Assembly (NCBI GenBank): GCA_963843145.1
Contig: CAWJJC010000021.1
Location: 133,616 to 197,615, forward strand
Origin: an uncultured delta proteobacterium
GTDB lineage: Bacteria > Desulfobacterota > RBG-13-43-22
Length of the DNA stretch: 64,000 bases
Direction of reading: 5' to 3'
This document shows, one piece after another, positions 38,791 to 48,255 of the stretch. The position numbers and the translations under genes were made by a program. Positions within the stretch are counted from its first letter, which is position 1; each line of letters begins with the position of its first letter. Below the pieces are notes generated by a model. The model was not told where the DNA came from. It saw nothing but the letters and a program-made list of their open reading frames with translations, and ran no database searches.

Positions 38791-40194
38791 TTATAATCCT
38801 TTCAGGATCTTTCTCAAAGGCTTTCGGGCCCGTCCCAGCAGGCCGAGCAGGATTTCCCCCTGGGAAGAATACAGGACCCGGTAGCCCAGGGCTTTGATTT
38901 TAGCGTAAGGCCAGAAGACTTTGAAGGTAAACCACCGCTGGGCCTTTTCAATCTCCTCGGGTTTGAATTGTGGCATGCGGAGCATGGACTTTTTATAAAT
39001 AGTGTCCGCTTCCCCTAAGCGGGCGTCCTCCTCCTGAATATAGCCCTCTTGAAGACAGAGGTCGTAAAGGTCGGTCCCGGGCATGGGATAAAAAATGGCG
39101 GAGCCGACCACGTCGGGTTTAATCTGTTGATTAAGCCGGATGGTCTCCTGGTGCAGAGCCAGGGTTTCACCGGGGAGACCCACCATGTTCAGCGTCTTGA
39201 TCTGAAGTCCCACATCCTTGGCGGCCTTCGTCACTTCCAGAATCTGCTTGTTGGTCATCCGTCGTCGCAGCACCTGGTTGCGGAATTTCTGATCCCCGTG
39301 CTCCACCCCGAAACCCACTCGCGTCCCGCCGGCGTCCTTCAGGGTCGCCAGTTTGTCTTTATCCAGGACCTCCACCCGTCCGGAAAACATGAAAGGCAGC
39401 CCCACCTCCTTTTTGTATTTTTCGGCAAATTCATGGACCAGGTTCCGGTCGATCCAGCAAATGTCGTCATCAAACAATATTTCTTCAAACCGGTAGCGCT
39501 GTTGCAGTTCTTTGATCTCGCGGATGATGTGGTCGGCGCTGCGGAAGCGGACATAGCGGCCGGGCTGCATCTTCCGGATCCGGTGATTGGAGCAGAAAGT
39601 GCAGTTGAACGGGCAGCCCCGGCCGGCCATGATCCGAATCTGGGAAAGCCCCCAATTGCTGATTACTTTCTGATGGTCGCCCAGTTCCCGGTCCACGAAG
39701 GGCAGGCCGTCCAAATCCTGAATAAAGGGTCGCGAGGGGTTCTGGAGGATGCGGCCATCCTGTTTGATCCAGAGATTTTGGATCCGGCTGACATCATTTC
39801 CTGTTTCCAGTGCCCGGACCAGATCCAGCATGGGGTATTCCCCCTCCCCGATACAAAGGGCATTTAACCGGGGGGTCTTTTCCAGACATTGAGGATAGAT
39901 GGTCGGGTGCGGTCCGCCCAGGATGATGAAAGGGTCCGGGCTTTCCACGGCCTGGATCATTTTCCGGATGAACTGAAACTGGGGGGCCGTAGTATAGATT
40001 CCGATGAGTTGAGGTTTGATCCGCTTCAAATCTTCCTGCCACGTTTCCAGGTAATTCGAGTCCGGATAATAACCAAAATGAATATCGTTATACCCCTGCA
40101 GCTTTAGGTATGCGGAGATGGACATCAGACCATGAGCAGCGCCCAGGGCCCCGAATTTCTGATTAATTTCGGTTAAAACCAGTAATATCCTCAA
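38791..40194 (-). CDS. Cobalamin-binding radical SAM enzyme, paralog A
   Basis: GGPHPT, GEGE, GRGCPFNCTFC, FDDD; TTG start with AAGGAG RBS. Confidence 0.92.
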   Translation of the reverse strand: MRILLVLTEINQKFGALGAAHGLMSISAYLKLQGYNDIHFGYYPDSNYLETWQEDLKRIKPQLIGIYTTAPQFQFIRKMIQAVESPDPFIILGGPHPTIYPQCLEKTPRLNALCIGEGEYPMLDLVRALETGNDVSRIQNLWIKQDGRILQNPSRPFIQDLDGLPFVDRELGDHQKVISNWGLSQIRIMAGRGCPFNCTFCSNHRIRKMQPGRYVRFRSADHIIREIKELQQRYRFEEILFDDDICWIDRNLVHEFAEKYKKEVGLPFMFSGRVEVLDKDKLATLKDAGGTRVGFGVEHGDQKFRNQVLRRRMTNKQILEVTKAAKDVGLQIKTLNMVGLPGETLALHQETIRLNQQIKPDVVGSAIFYPMPGTDLYDLCLQEGYIQEEDARLGEADTIYKKSMLRMPQFKPEEIEKAQRWFTFKVFWPYAKIKALGYRVLYSSQGEILLGLLGRARKPLRKILKGL

Positions 40195-40220
40195 AAAATA
40201 CTCCTTAAAAAAACCTTTGG

Positions 40221-40279
40221 CCGAGAGCCGACGGCCATTGGGGATCCGGGGGGTACCTCCCCCAAAGGGTAAAGCGTCT
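40221..40279 (+). repeat. Partial (3' half) copy of the structured dispersed element
   Basis: CCGAGA..ACGGCC....GGTACCTCCCCCAAAGGGTAAAGCGTC vs copy 1 CCGAGA..ACGGCC....GGTACCTCCCCAAAAGGATGAAACGTC. Confidence 0.6.
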
Positions 40280-40429
40280 AACTTATTAAATTAACATACC
40301 TGCGGTGAATAGACAAGGATTGATGGGGCCTCGAATAGCCCATCCCCGGAAGGGGCCCAGGGCGATTTTTTTTATTTGAGATTTTGCCTAGAAAAGTTAA
40401 TCTGTTATCAGAAAGGTGTTGAACAAACC

Positions 40430-41452
40430 ATGAAAAATAAAAGTCTAGGGTGGCTGATCGCGGCCCTGATATTGACGGTTATAGGGGTGGGACTTTATAG
40501 CTTTGGACTGCGGGCGGTCTACCGTCATTGGGGCTACTTCTTTCTCAAATCCGCGGAAACCCAATGGCCGTCCGGCTCCAGGGAAAAGATAAGAAATCTT
40601 TTGGGGGACCGGCAGGGTAAGGTCGTTTGGAGTTCAAGCCGCACCGGGACCCATCAGCTTTTTCTGATGACCCTTCCGGACCTCCGGATCTACCAACTGA
40701 CCGATAATACCCACGTTAGCTTTCACCCCCGTTTCAGTCCGGAAGGCCAACGGATCGTCTTTGCCCGTTCCCAGCGACCCTGGGTTTCCGAGAGGGACCA
40801 GATCCCCTGGGATGTGTATATCCTGAATTTGACGGGGGGTAAAGAGCGACTGGCGGCCTCAAACGGCAATTTTCCCCTTTGGCTCCCGGACGGGGAACGG
40901 ATCCTCTTTCTTCGAAAGGATCAAGTGGTGGTCAAAGATCTGAACACCGAGAAAGAACGGGTAGTATTTGACGGTCGAAAGCCGCCTTTTGATGGGGAAC
41001 CGTCCAACCCGGAAATCTGTCCCTGGGACCCCAAGCTCCTGAGTGTTACCCTCAGGGGGAAGACTTCGGGAATTTTTATCATCAATCTGAAAACCGGGAG
41101 CCATTCTCTTCTAAGTATTTCCGGCTGTGAGGCCCATTGGCGGCCGGACCGGTCGGAGATCGTCTGGGTGGAGAACGGCGGCCGCGGTGGGACCCGGATT
41201 ATGGTCTCACCGATCGATCGAGTTCAACCGGCCGTCTTTATGGACCTTCCCTTTTCTTTCAGTCATGAATACTTTCCCCGCTTTTCAGCCGATGGAAAAT
41301 GGTTTATCTGGGGGGCTTCCGCAGGCGAGCATGAGCACGATATCGCTGATTACGAAATCTTCCTTTGGAAAGTGGGGACTCCCTGGGAAACCGCCGTGCG
41401 GCTGACCTACAATTCTGCCAATGATCGCTTTCCGGATATTTTTCTGCCCTAG
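40430..41452 (+). CDS. Membrane-anchored TolB-like beta-propeller protein
   Basis: WSSSRTG, HPRFSPEGQRIVF, FPRFSADGKW repeats after an N-terminal TM helix. Confidence 0.85.
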   Translation: MKNKSLGWLIAALILTVIGVGLYSFGLRAVYRHWGYFFLKSAETQWPSGSREKIRNLLGDRQGKVVWSSSRTGTHQLFLMTLPDLRIYQLTDNTHVSFHPRFSPEGQRIVFARSQRPWVSERDQIPWDVYILNLTGGKERLAASNGNFPLWLPDGERILFLRKDQVVVKDLNTEKERVVFDGRKPPFDGEPSNPEICPWDPKLLSVTLRGKTSGIFIINLKTGSHSLLSISGCEAHWRPDRSEIVWVENGGRGGTRIMVSPIDRVQPAVFMDLPFSFSHEYFPRFSADGKWFIWGASAGEHEHDIADYEIFLWKVGTPWETAVRLTYNSANDRFPDIFLP

Positions 41453-41554
41453 TGGGTCTGCTTCACCCGGTTTAAACGGGGGGAGCCAGGCCGTGGAGCG
41501 ACCGGCATTCTAACCAAACGGATCGGTCAGGGAAAAAACCGGAAATCCTTCCGA

Positions 41555-44500
41555 TTAAGGGGCCTTTTCGACCACGATCCGGTCGATGGAAAAGGGGATC
41601 CGGTTATAGCTAAAGACCCGGAATTCCAATTCTTCCTGGTTCTTTAAGGTAAAGGGCAGGATCACCTCCTCATATCGTTCCAATGCCCTAAAATCCTGTC
41701 CGGAAATCTCTTTTTGAGCGCAGAATGATGGTTCCCCGTTTGAGCAGAGACATCAATCCGGGCAAGGGGACCGGCCGTATTCAAAGAGGAGGTCTTTTCA
41801 GCCGAAAACGCGCCTGATAGGATCCTGGTGCATAGCCTTGGTGGGGCCCGAATAACACGTACGCGGGATGGTCTACCTCCGGATCGGTCTTGAGCGCCCA
41901 TCCCCCGTCAGCCTCAGGGTCAGGGACCGGTTTGATTAAGTAACGAAATAATTCCCGAGCTTCATAGGTAATCGGCGGCGAAGGACGGTTGGCAAAGGAA
42001 ACGACGATTTTGTCCGACCGGGTCGTTTCCCGGCCGAAAGCGTAGATACGGAATTCGAGAATTTCGGGTCTGTGGATTTCAAAGGGCAAGGTGAAGCGCT
42101 GATAGTTCCCGGGTCTAACAAAATCCGTGCCGCGAAGTTCCTGCTAGGCGATTACTTTTTTCCCAAAAAAAGTGACTGCCTCCACTCGCAGCAGCGGAAG
42201 GGGTTCGGTATTTCCGCTTGATTGCAGCCGAAAGACCGCTTCATAGGGTCCGGAAGGGAAAGAACCGATAGACCTGATAGGCCACCAGTCCGGACTGGTC
42301 CGAGCCGCGAGCGGCCTCGACAGCCCGGCCCATCGAGGCTCTCTGGGTCTTTTACCACCTTTCCGACCCGGTGCCTCATCTCTTCCGTTTCTAAGATGAC
42401 GCCGGTGTATTCCCGGAAAATGAGTGCGGTGGGTGGGCCGCCACTTCTCCGGGGGGAAGAATCCGAAAAAGGGATTGAGACATATTGGTCTCGATCAGTT
42501 TCAGGTAGGGGGAGGCCGATAAATTCCGGAAGGCCAAGTACCCGGTGAAGGGGCTGACTTTATAGAAATACAACTCCTGGTGATGGACCAGATATTTACC
42601 CCCAACGCGTCGGAGGTGTTCATAATCTTCTCTAGAAAGTTCCCCGACATTGAGCCCGATCAGGGGCCAGAAGACTTTGTCGACATAACGGCGGGCCACC
42701 ACGGGACTATAGCCGTTGACCATCGGGACGGAGGACTGGGTGATATAGTATTCATACAGGGAAGACTGGTGGGAATCACCCGGGAACATGGGCAGACCAA
42801 GGACCAGCCGTTCTTCCGGCGGCATCCGTCGCAATGTCTGGTAGATCGGGTTTCCTTGATCGAGCAGGGAAAGTCCGATTTTTTTTTGGGGATGATAGTC
42901 CCAGAAGGGTGGCCCGCCGTAAGATCAGTCCGGGGCTGAGACCGCTGCCGCCCGGGCACCCGAAAGAAGGCCGAAGGAGCCGTTCGTAATACTTCCAGCC
43001 CCGCGGCGGAGACCAGGCCCCAACAGAGAAAGCAGAGAAAAATGATCCGGGCCGGGTCCCGGGGATATTTGAAAAAGGGAAAATGATTGTAGAGGAAACG
43101 GTAGAGGGGAATACCGGAGAAAAATTAGCCCCGAAGGCGATAGCATAACTGAGGATCAGGATGAAGGTAAAGAATCCGAATCGGTAGCAGTTGCCCGGGG
43201 CGCCAGAAGCCGGAGTCTGAGAAAAAGTTCGATCAGCAGAGAAACACACAAGGCCACGGGATCATACCCGGATAGACAAAGCTTTCCGGTCCGGTATTGT
43301 CCCGTTTGAACAGGGCGGAGATTTCCGGTGAATAGAGGGCCACATCCTGCCAGGTCCGGCCTTTTCCGACGATGGAGTCCTCAACCAAGGCTTTTCTTGT
43401 CTGCAACGTTAAACCCCGGCCAACCCGAGAAATGAAGAGGGCGATCACCAGGACCATGGCGGCAAGCTTTTTCAGCGGCGGGCCTGGGAAAGCCGGGACG
43501 ATAGGTGCCGGGTCGACTTTTGTGTAAACGAAATTTAGATGAAGATCATCCCCAGGAAGATAATAAGAAAAATGCCTTCCGCATAAACGGAAGCGGAAAC
43601 AGAAGGGGGATGGGGGCCAAAACCAGAGCCAGGGCCGGGAGATAAGCTTAGGGCTTCTTTTTTTCTGGTCCGCAAGGGGGTGGCCGGTAAGGGTGCAGAA
43701 TAACTGGCTGGTCATGAGCCAAGAAAAATAGAAGGCCAGGCCGTAGAACCCGAGTGCGTAAACCTCCGGCGAGTCCGAAGGCCGGTTCCTGATGTAACAG
43801 GGGCCGGGTCAGATAAACGGAATACCCGGAGAGCACCCCCAACGAGAGGACCAGTATCAGGGGCCAGAGGTGCCCGGGTGTCGTGGGGGAGGCTTCGGTT
43901 GCCCAGCGCAACAACCAGAGGCTCCCCCAATACGGGCCGGGAGATAGAGACCTAGAAAAAGGAGGAAGAAATACAGGAGGTGGGTCTCCACCATCCCCAG
44001 ACACAGGACGCAGATGCCGGAAAGAACCACGGGGCCCTGGCGTTGTTTCCGGTATCCCTTTTCAAAGAAGTAAAGGCTTAAGGGGATCAAAAACCAAACA
44101 TAGCCGTTGATGTGGCCGGAGAGAAGCTGGGTCTGGCGGCTGGGCGCCAGAGTGAAGACCAGCCCGCCCAGAAAGCCGCCGGCCGGGAAAAACCCCAGAG
44201 CCGGAGGAGATAATATAGGGATAGTCCGGAAAAGACAAAGGTCAGCAGGATAAGCAGGTTATGGGCGGGGACATTTCCGAAGACCGATAAGAGGAGAGAA
44301 AAGTATCGAAACTGGGAATTGGGCATACCCATGGGGGAAGTGCCCGCCGGCAATGTTGAATTCATAGGGATTGGTGAAGAGGGACGGATTGACCCAGCAC
44401 ATTATCTTTAAAAAGCCAGAACCAATAATAGATCTGAAGGTGGTCGCCGGAGACCAAAGGAAGGATCGCGGTCTGCCCATCCGGAAGAGAGACGTAGGGG

Positions 44501-44618
44501 ATGGCCTTCGGGTGAAATGCGGATTAGCGGATAGGTGGCAACAGGCGCAGCCAGGCAAGTAAAGGAAACCGATGATCAGCCATTCCCAGCGGAACCGGTT
44601 CTGGGAGTTGTTCCCCAC
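41555..44618 (-). pseudogene. Large GT-C-like membrane protein with periplasmic C-terminal domains, many frameshifts (pseudogene or sequencing error)
   Basis: Fragments LFTNPYEF, AHNLLILLTFVFSG, PMVNGYSP (compare LVNGYSG in 30624-32582), ELEFRVFSYN; about 1000 aa if joined. Confidence 0.7.
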
Positions 44619-44624
44619 GGTCCT

Positions 44625-46022
44625 TTAGAACCCCTTAAGTACCTTTCGCAGGACCTTCCGAAATCGGCGGGAAAGGGTCAGGTAGAATTCCCCTTGCTTC
44701 GAATAGATCATCTTGTAGCCGATGGCCTTGATCAGAGAATGTTTCTTGAAGACCTGGAAACCGAACCAGCGGAAGCAGCGGGCAATGTCTTTTTTGGGAA
44801 AGTGGGGCAGCTCGAGTAATGATTCCCGCCGGGAGACGTAATTTTCCGGCAGGGATTCCTCCGGATGGAGGTAGTTTTTTTCCAGGCAGTAGTCGTACAA
44901 TTCCGTCCCCGGATAGGGGTAAAACACGGATATGCTGATGACGTCGGGATTTATTTCCCGGTTGATGCGGATGGTGTCCCGAAATTTTTCCTCCGTTTCC
45001 TCTGGCAAGCCCACCATATTCAGGGTCTTGACCTGGAGTCCCACGGACTGGGCCAGGCGGGTGGCTTCCAGAATTTGGCGGTTGGACATCTTACGCTTCA
45101 TAATGGATCGCCTGATTTCTTCATTTCCCGATTCCAGCCCGAAATCTATCCGTCGGCCGCCGGCTTCTTTCAGTTTCCGCAGAACGTCTTCGTGGCAGGC
45201 TTCGACCCGGCCGCAGAAGACAAAAGGCTTGCCGACTTCCTGGGGATAACGGCGGCAAAATTCATCTACGATCTCCCGGTTCATCATAAAGATGTCGTCG
45301 TCGAAAAAGATTTCATCGAAACGGACCTTGGCCTGGATGGCTTTGATTTCACCCAGAATATGCTCGGCGCTGCGGTAGCGCACATACCGGCCGGGTTGGG
45401 TCTGGCTGGTCCGTTTGTTGGAGCAATAGGTGCAACTGAAGGGGCATCCCCGGGTAGCCATGATCCGCAACTGAGAAAACCCGTATTGATCGATGGCGGC
45501 CTGCATATCCAGCAGTTCACGGTCCTCGAAGGGCAACAAGTCCAGGTTCTGGATAAAGGGGCGGGTTTCGTTGCGGAGGATGTTCCCGTTTTGCCGGATC
45601 CAAAGATTTTGGATCCCGGTAAAATCCCGTCCGGCCTCCAGGGCCTGGACCAATTCCAGCAGGGGATACTCTCCTTCCCCGACGCAGATGGCATCCAGGC
45701 GGGGGATGGTTTCGAGACAGCGGGGGTAACAAGTGGGATGGGGGCCGCCGCCGATGGTGAAAATCGGGCGGGGTACGGCTTCAATCAGCGTTTTGATAAA
45801 GAAAAACTGTTCGGCCGTGGAATAAAAACCGATCAGATCCGGTTTTTGCCGTTGGATCTCCGCCCGCCAGGTTTCCAGATCCAGGGATTCCGAAAAATAA
45901 ACCATGGAGACCTGGGGATAGCCGTTTTGTTTCAGAACCGCGGAAAGGGAAAACAGCCCGTGCTGAGAGCGCAAGGCCCCGAATTTCTGGTTAAGTTCCG
46001 TAAATACCAACATGATTTTCAT
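44625..46022 (-). CDS. Cobalamin-binding radical SAM enzyme, paralog B
   Basis: GGPHPT, GEGE, TRGCPFSCTYC, FDDD, GLESG, PYPGT. Confidence 0.93.
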   Translation of the reverse strand: MKIMLVFTELNQKFGALRSQHGLFSLSAVLKQNGYPQVSMVYFSESLDLETWRAEIQRQKPDLIGFYSTAEQFFFIKTLIEAVPRPIFTIGGGPHPTCYPRCLETIPRLDAICVGEGEYPLLELVQALEAGRDFTGIQNLWIRQNGNILRNETRPFIQNLDLLPFEDRELLDMQAAIDQYGFSQLRIMATRGCPFSCTYCSNKRTSQTQPGRYVRYRSAEHILGEIKAIQAKVRFDEIFFDDDIFMMNREIVDEFCRRYPQEVGKPFVFCGRVEACHEDVLRKLKEAGGRRIDFGLESGNEEIRRSIMKRKMSNRQILEATRLAQSVGLQVKTLNMVGLPEETEEKFRDTIRINREINPDVISISVFYPYPGTELYDYCLEKNYLHPEESLPENYVSRRESLLELPHFPKKDIARCFRWFGFQVFKKHSLIKAIGYKMIYSKQGEFYLTLSRRFRKVLRKVLKGF

Positions 46023-46154
46023 AAAAAGCAATACTCCGAAAACAAAGGATGGTTTGGCCAAAAGTCCAATAAAACAGAAACCATTATTTATAACGAACCC
46101 AACGCATTAAATCAATAATAATAAAAACCGGGGTCCCGGGCAGGGGATTTTAGA

Positions 46155-46183
46155 TTGACCGCAAAAAGGTTCCTGATTATATT
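46155..46183 (+). promoter_or_regulatory. Putative sigma70 promoter
   Basis: TTGACC-N17-TATATT. Confidence 0.5.
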
Positions 46184-46257
46184 GGCCGCTTTAAAGGTCG
46201 ACTTGGTTGCGAGCCCGTCCGGTATTGACAAGCGCGCCGGGGGAAATTTTTTTGACG

Positions 46258-46361
46258 CTTCGTCCTTTTGGGTGGGTGGCCACAATATAGGGTAGATTAA
46301 CCTGAAATCGGGTCTCCGTGGCCATACCAGATCTGGAGGGTACCCACCCAAAAGGGCGAAC
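46258..46361 (+). repeat. Structured dispersed element, copy 2
   Basis: TTCGTCCTTTTGGGTGGGT ... ACCCACCCAAAAGGGCGAA terminal stem; homologous to reverse complement of 17023-17136. Confidence 0.8.
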
Positions 46362-46437
46362 AATTAATTTTTTTGAGTAGTTGGTTAGAAATCCAAAATC
46401 AGAATAAAATATGCTAGAATCTGAGAGAGAGGAATCG

Positions 46438-47433
46438 ATGGGAAATCTTTATAAATGTCTGGTTACCGGGGGGACCGGATTTACCGGGAGCCACCTGGTG
46501 CGGAGACTGCTGAAGCGGGGCCATGAAGTAGAGGTGGTGGACAACGCTCGGGGCCTATTCTGGGAGGAACTGGAAGGACTGGGGGCCCGCCTGGTTCAGG
46601 GTAGTGTTACCGATAAGGCGCTGATGGATCGTCTGGTCGCCGGGAAAGAAGCGGTTTTTCACGTAGCCGCCGCCTTCCGGGGAGTCAGCCTGCCCCACAA
46701 GGTCTACTGGGAAGTCAACGTGGAAGGGACCCGCAATCTCCTGGAGGCCTCTTTCCGAAATGGGGTTCAGCGGTTCATCTACTGCAGTACCGAAGGCGTT
46801 CATGGCCATATCAAACATCCCCCGGCCGATGAGAACGCCCCCATTGCCCCGAAGGATTATTACCAATATTCTAAATGGGAAGGGGAAAAGGTCGTTCAGG
46901 AATATATTCAAAAAGGATTGCCGGCGGTGATCCTGAGGCCGACGGCGATTTATGGGCCCGGCGACCCGGAACGGTTCCTGATGATCTACCGTCGGGTGAA
47001 AACCGGGACCTTCCCCATGTTCGGGCCCGGTCGGGTTACTTATCATCCGCTCTACATCGATCACTTGACCGATGCCTTTGAGCTAGCTCTGGTAAAGGAA
47101 GCGGCCCTGGGCCAGACCTACCTGATCGCCGATCAAGAGTATATCCCCATCAAGGAGTTGGTTCGGGAAGTGGCTAAAGTCATGGGGGTTCAGGTGAAGA
47201 TCCCCCAATTTCCCTTTTGGCCTCTTTATCTGGCCTCCTGGTTGTGTGAGCTGGTCTGCAAACCCCTGAATCTGACCCCGCCCATTTTCCGCCGCCGGGC
47301 CGACTGGTATCGCCAAAATCGGGCTTTTACCATAGAAAAGGCCCGGAGAGAGCTGGGGTATACCCCTGAAGTACGCCTGACCGAGGGACTGACGAGGACT
47401 TATGACTGGTACCGGGAGCATGGCTATTTGTGA
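46438..47433 (+). CDS. NAD-dependent epimerase/dehydratase (extended SDR)
   Basis: VTGGTGFTG, FHVAA, YQYSK (YxxxK), RPTAIYGPG. Confidence 0.92.
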   Translation: MGNLYKCLVTGGTGFTGSHLVRRLLKRGHEVEVVDNARGLFWEELEGLGARLVQGSVTDKALMDRLVAGKEAVFHVAAAFRGVSLPHKVYWEVNVEGTRNLLEASFRNGVQRFIYCSTEGVHGHIKHPPADENAPIAPKDYYQYSKWEGEKVVQEYIQKGLPAVILRPTAIYGPGDPERFLMIYRRVKTGTFPMFGPGRVTYHPLYIDHLTDAFELALVKEAALGQTYLIADQEYIPIKELVREVAKVMGVQVKIPQFPFWPLYLASWLCELVCKPLNLTPPIFRRRADWYRQNRAFTIEKARRELGYTPEVRLTEGLTRTYDWYREHGYL

Positions 47434-47529
47434 CCATAAATTCTTTGGCCTCTGAAACGGGGGCAGAAGCTTTACTGTCTTTTCCCTAAGCAGGCCACGT
47501 TCGAGGGTACCCCTGAGACAGGGTGATTT

Positions 47530-48255
47530 ATGACGGCCGTTAGTTCTTCAGTTCGAAATTTTCCCGATGAGCAGGCCCCGCAGCCGCTGGACGTCGTGGT
47601 TCCGGTGCTTAACGAGCGGGAGATGCTCCCCCTTTTTTTGAACCGCATTCAAGCCTTGGGTCTGCCTTTAAACCTGATTTTTGTGGATAACGGCTCCACG
47701 GACGGGACCCTGGAGTTTCTCGGCGACCTACCGGGCGTAAAGGTCATCGCCCATGGGCGGAACCTGGGTTACGGGCGCTCCCTGACCGACGGGTTGCTGG
47801 CCTCGACCTCCGCGCGGGTCATTATCATCGATGCCGATTGTGAATACCCTCCCGAGGCTATACGGGCTCTTTTGGCCGGTCTGGACCGATTCCCCGTGGT
47901 TTATGGAAGCCGTTTTTTGGATGGCAAGCGGATTGCTATGTCCCCCTTCCGCCGCTGGGGCAACCGCGCGCTGACCGGACTTTTTAATGGTCTTTACGGA
48001 CAGCAGCTCACCGATCTCTACACCGGGATGAAGGCCCTGCGGCGAACAGCCTTTGAAGGGCTGACCTTTACCCGGAACGGGTTTGAACAGGTGACGGAAC
48101 TGGCCGCCAAGGTGGCCCGTCAAGGGATGCGGATCGGCGAGGTTTCGGTGGCTTACGCCCCCCGGCAGACCGGCCGCTCCAAGATGCGACATGTCCCCGA
48201 ATTCCTCAAGGCCGTTTACTGCCTGCTTTATTACCGGGTCGGCCGCCATGGCTGA
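47530..48255 (+). CDS. GT2 dolichol-phosphate-mannosyltransferase-like enzyme
   Basis: VVPVLNE, DNGSTDGT, NLGYG, IDADCEY, GSRF, TDLYTGMK. Confidence 0.9.
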   Translation: MTAVSSSVRNFPDEQAPQPLDVVVPVLNEREMLPLFLNRIQALGLPLNLIFVDNGSTDGTLEFLGDLPGVKVIAHGRNLGYGRSLTDGLLASTSARVIIIDADCEYPPEAIRALLAGLDRFPVVYGSRFLDGKRIAMSPFRRWGNRALTGLFNGLYGQQLTDLYTGMKALRRTAFEGLTFTRNGFEQVTELAAKVARQGMRIGEVSVAYAPRQTGRSKMRHVPEFLKAVYCLLYYRVGRHG

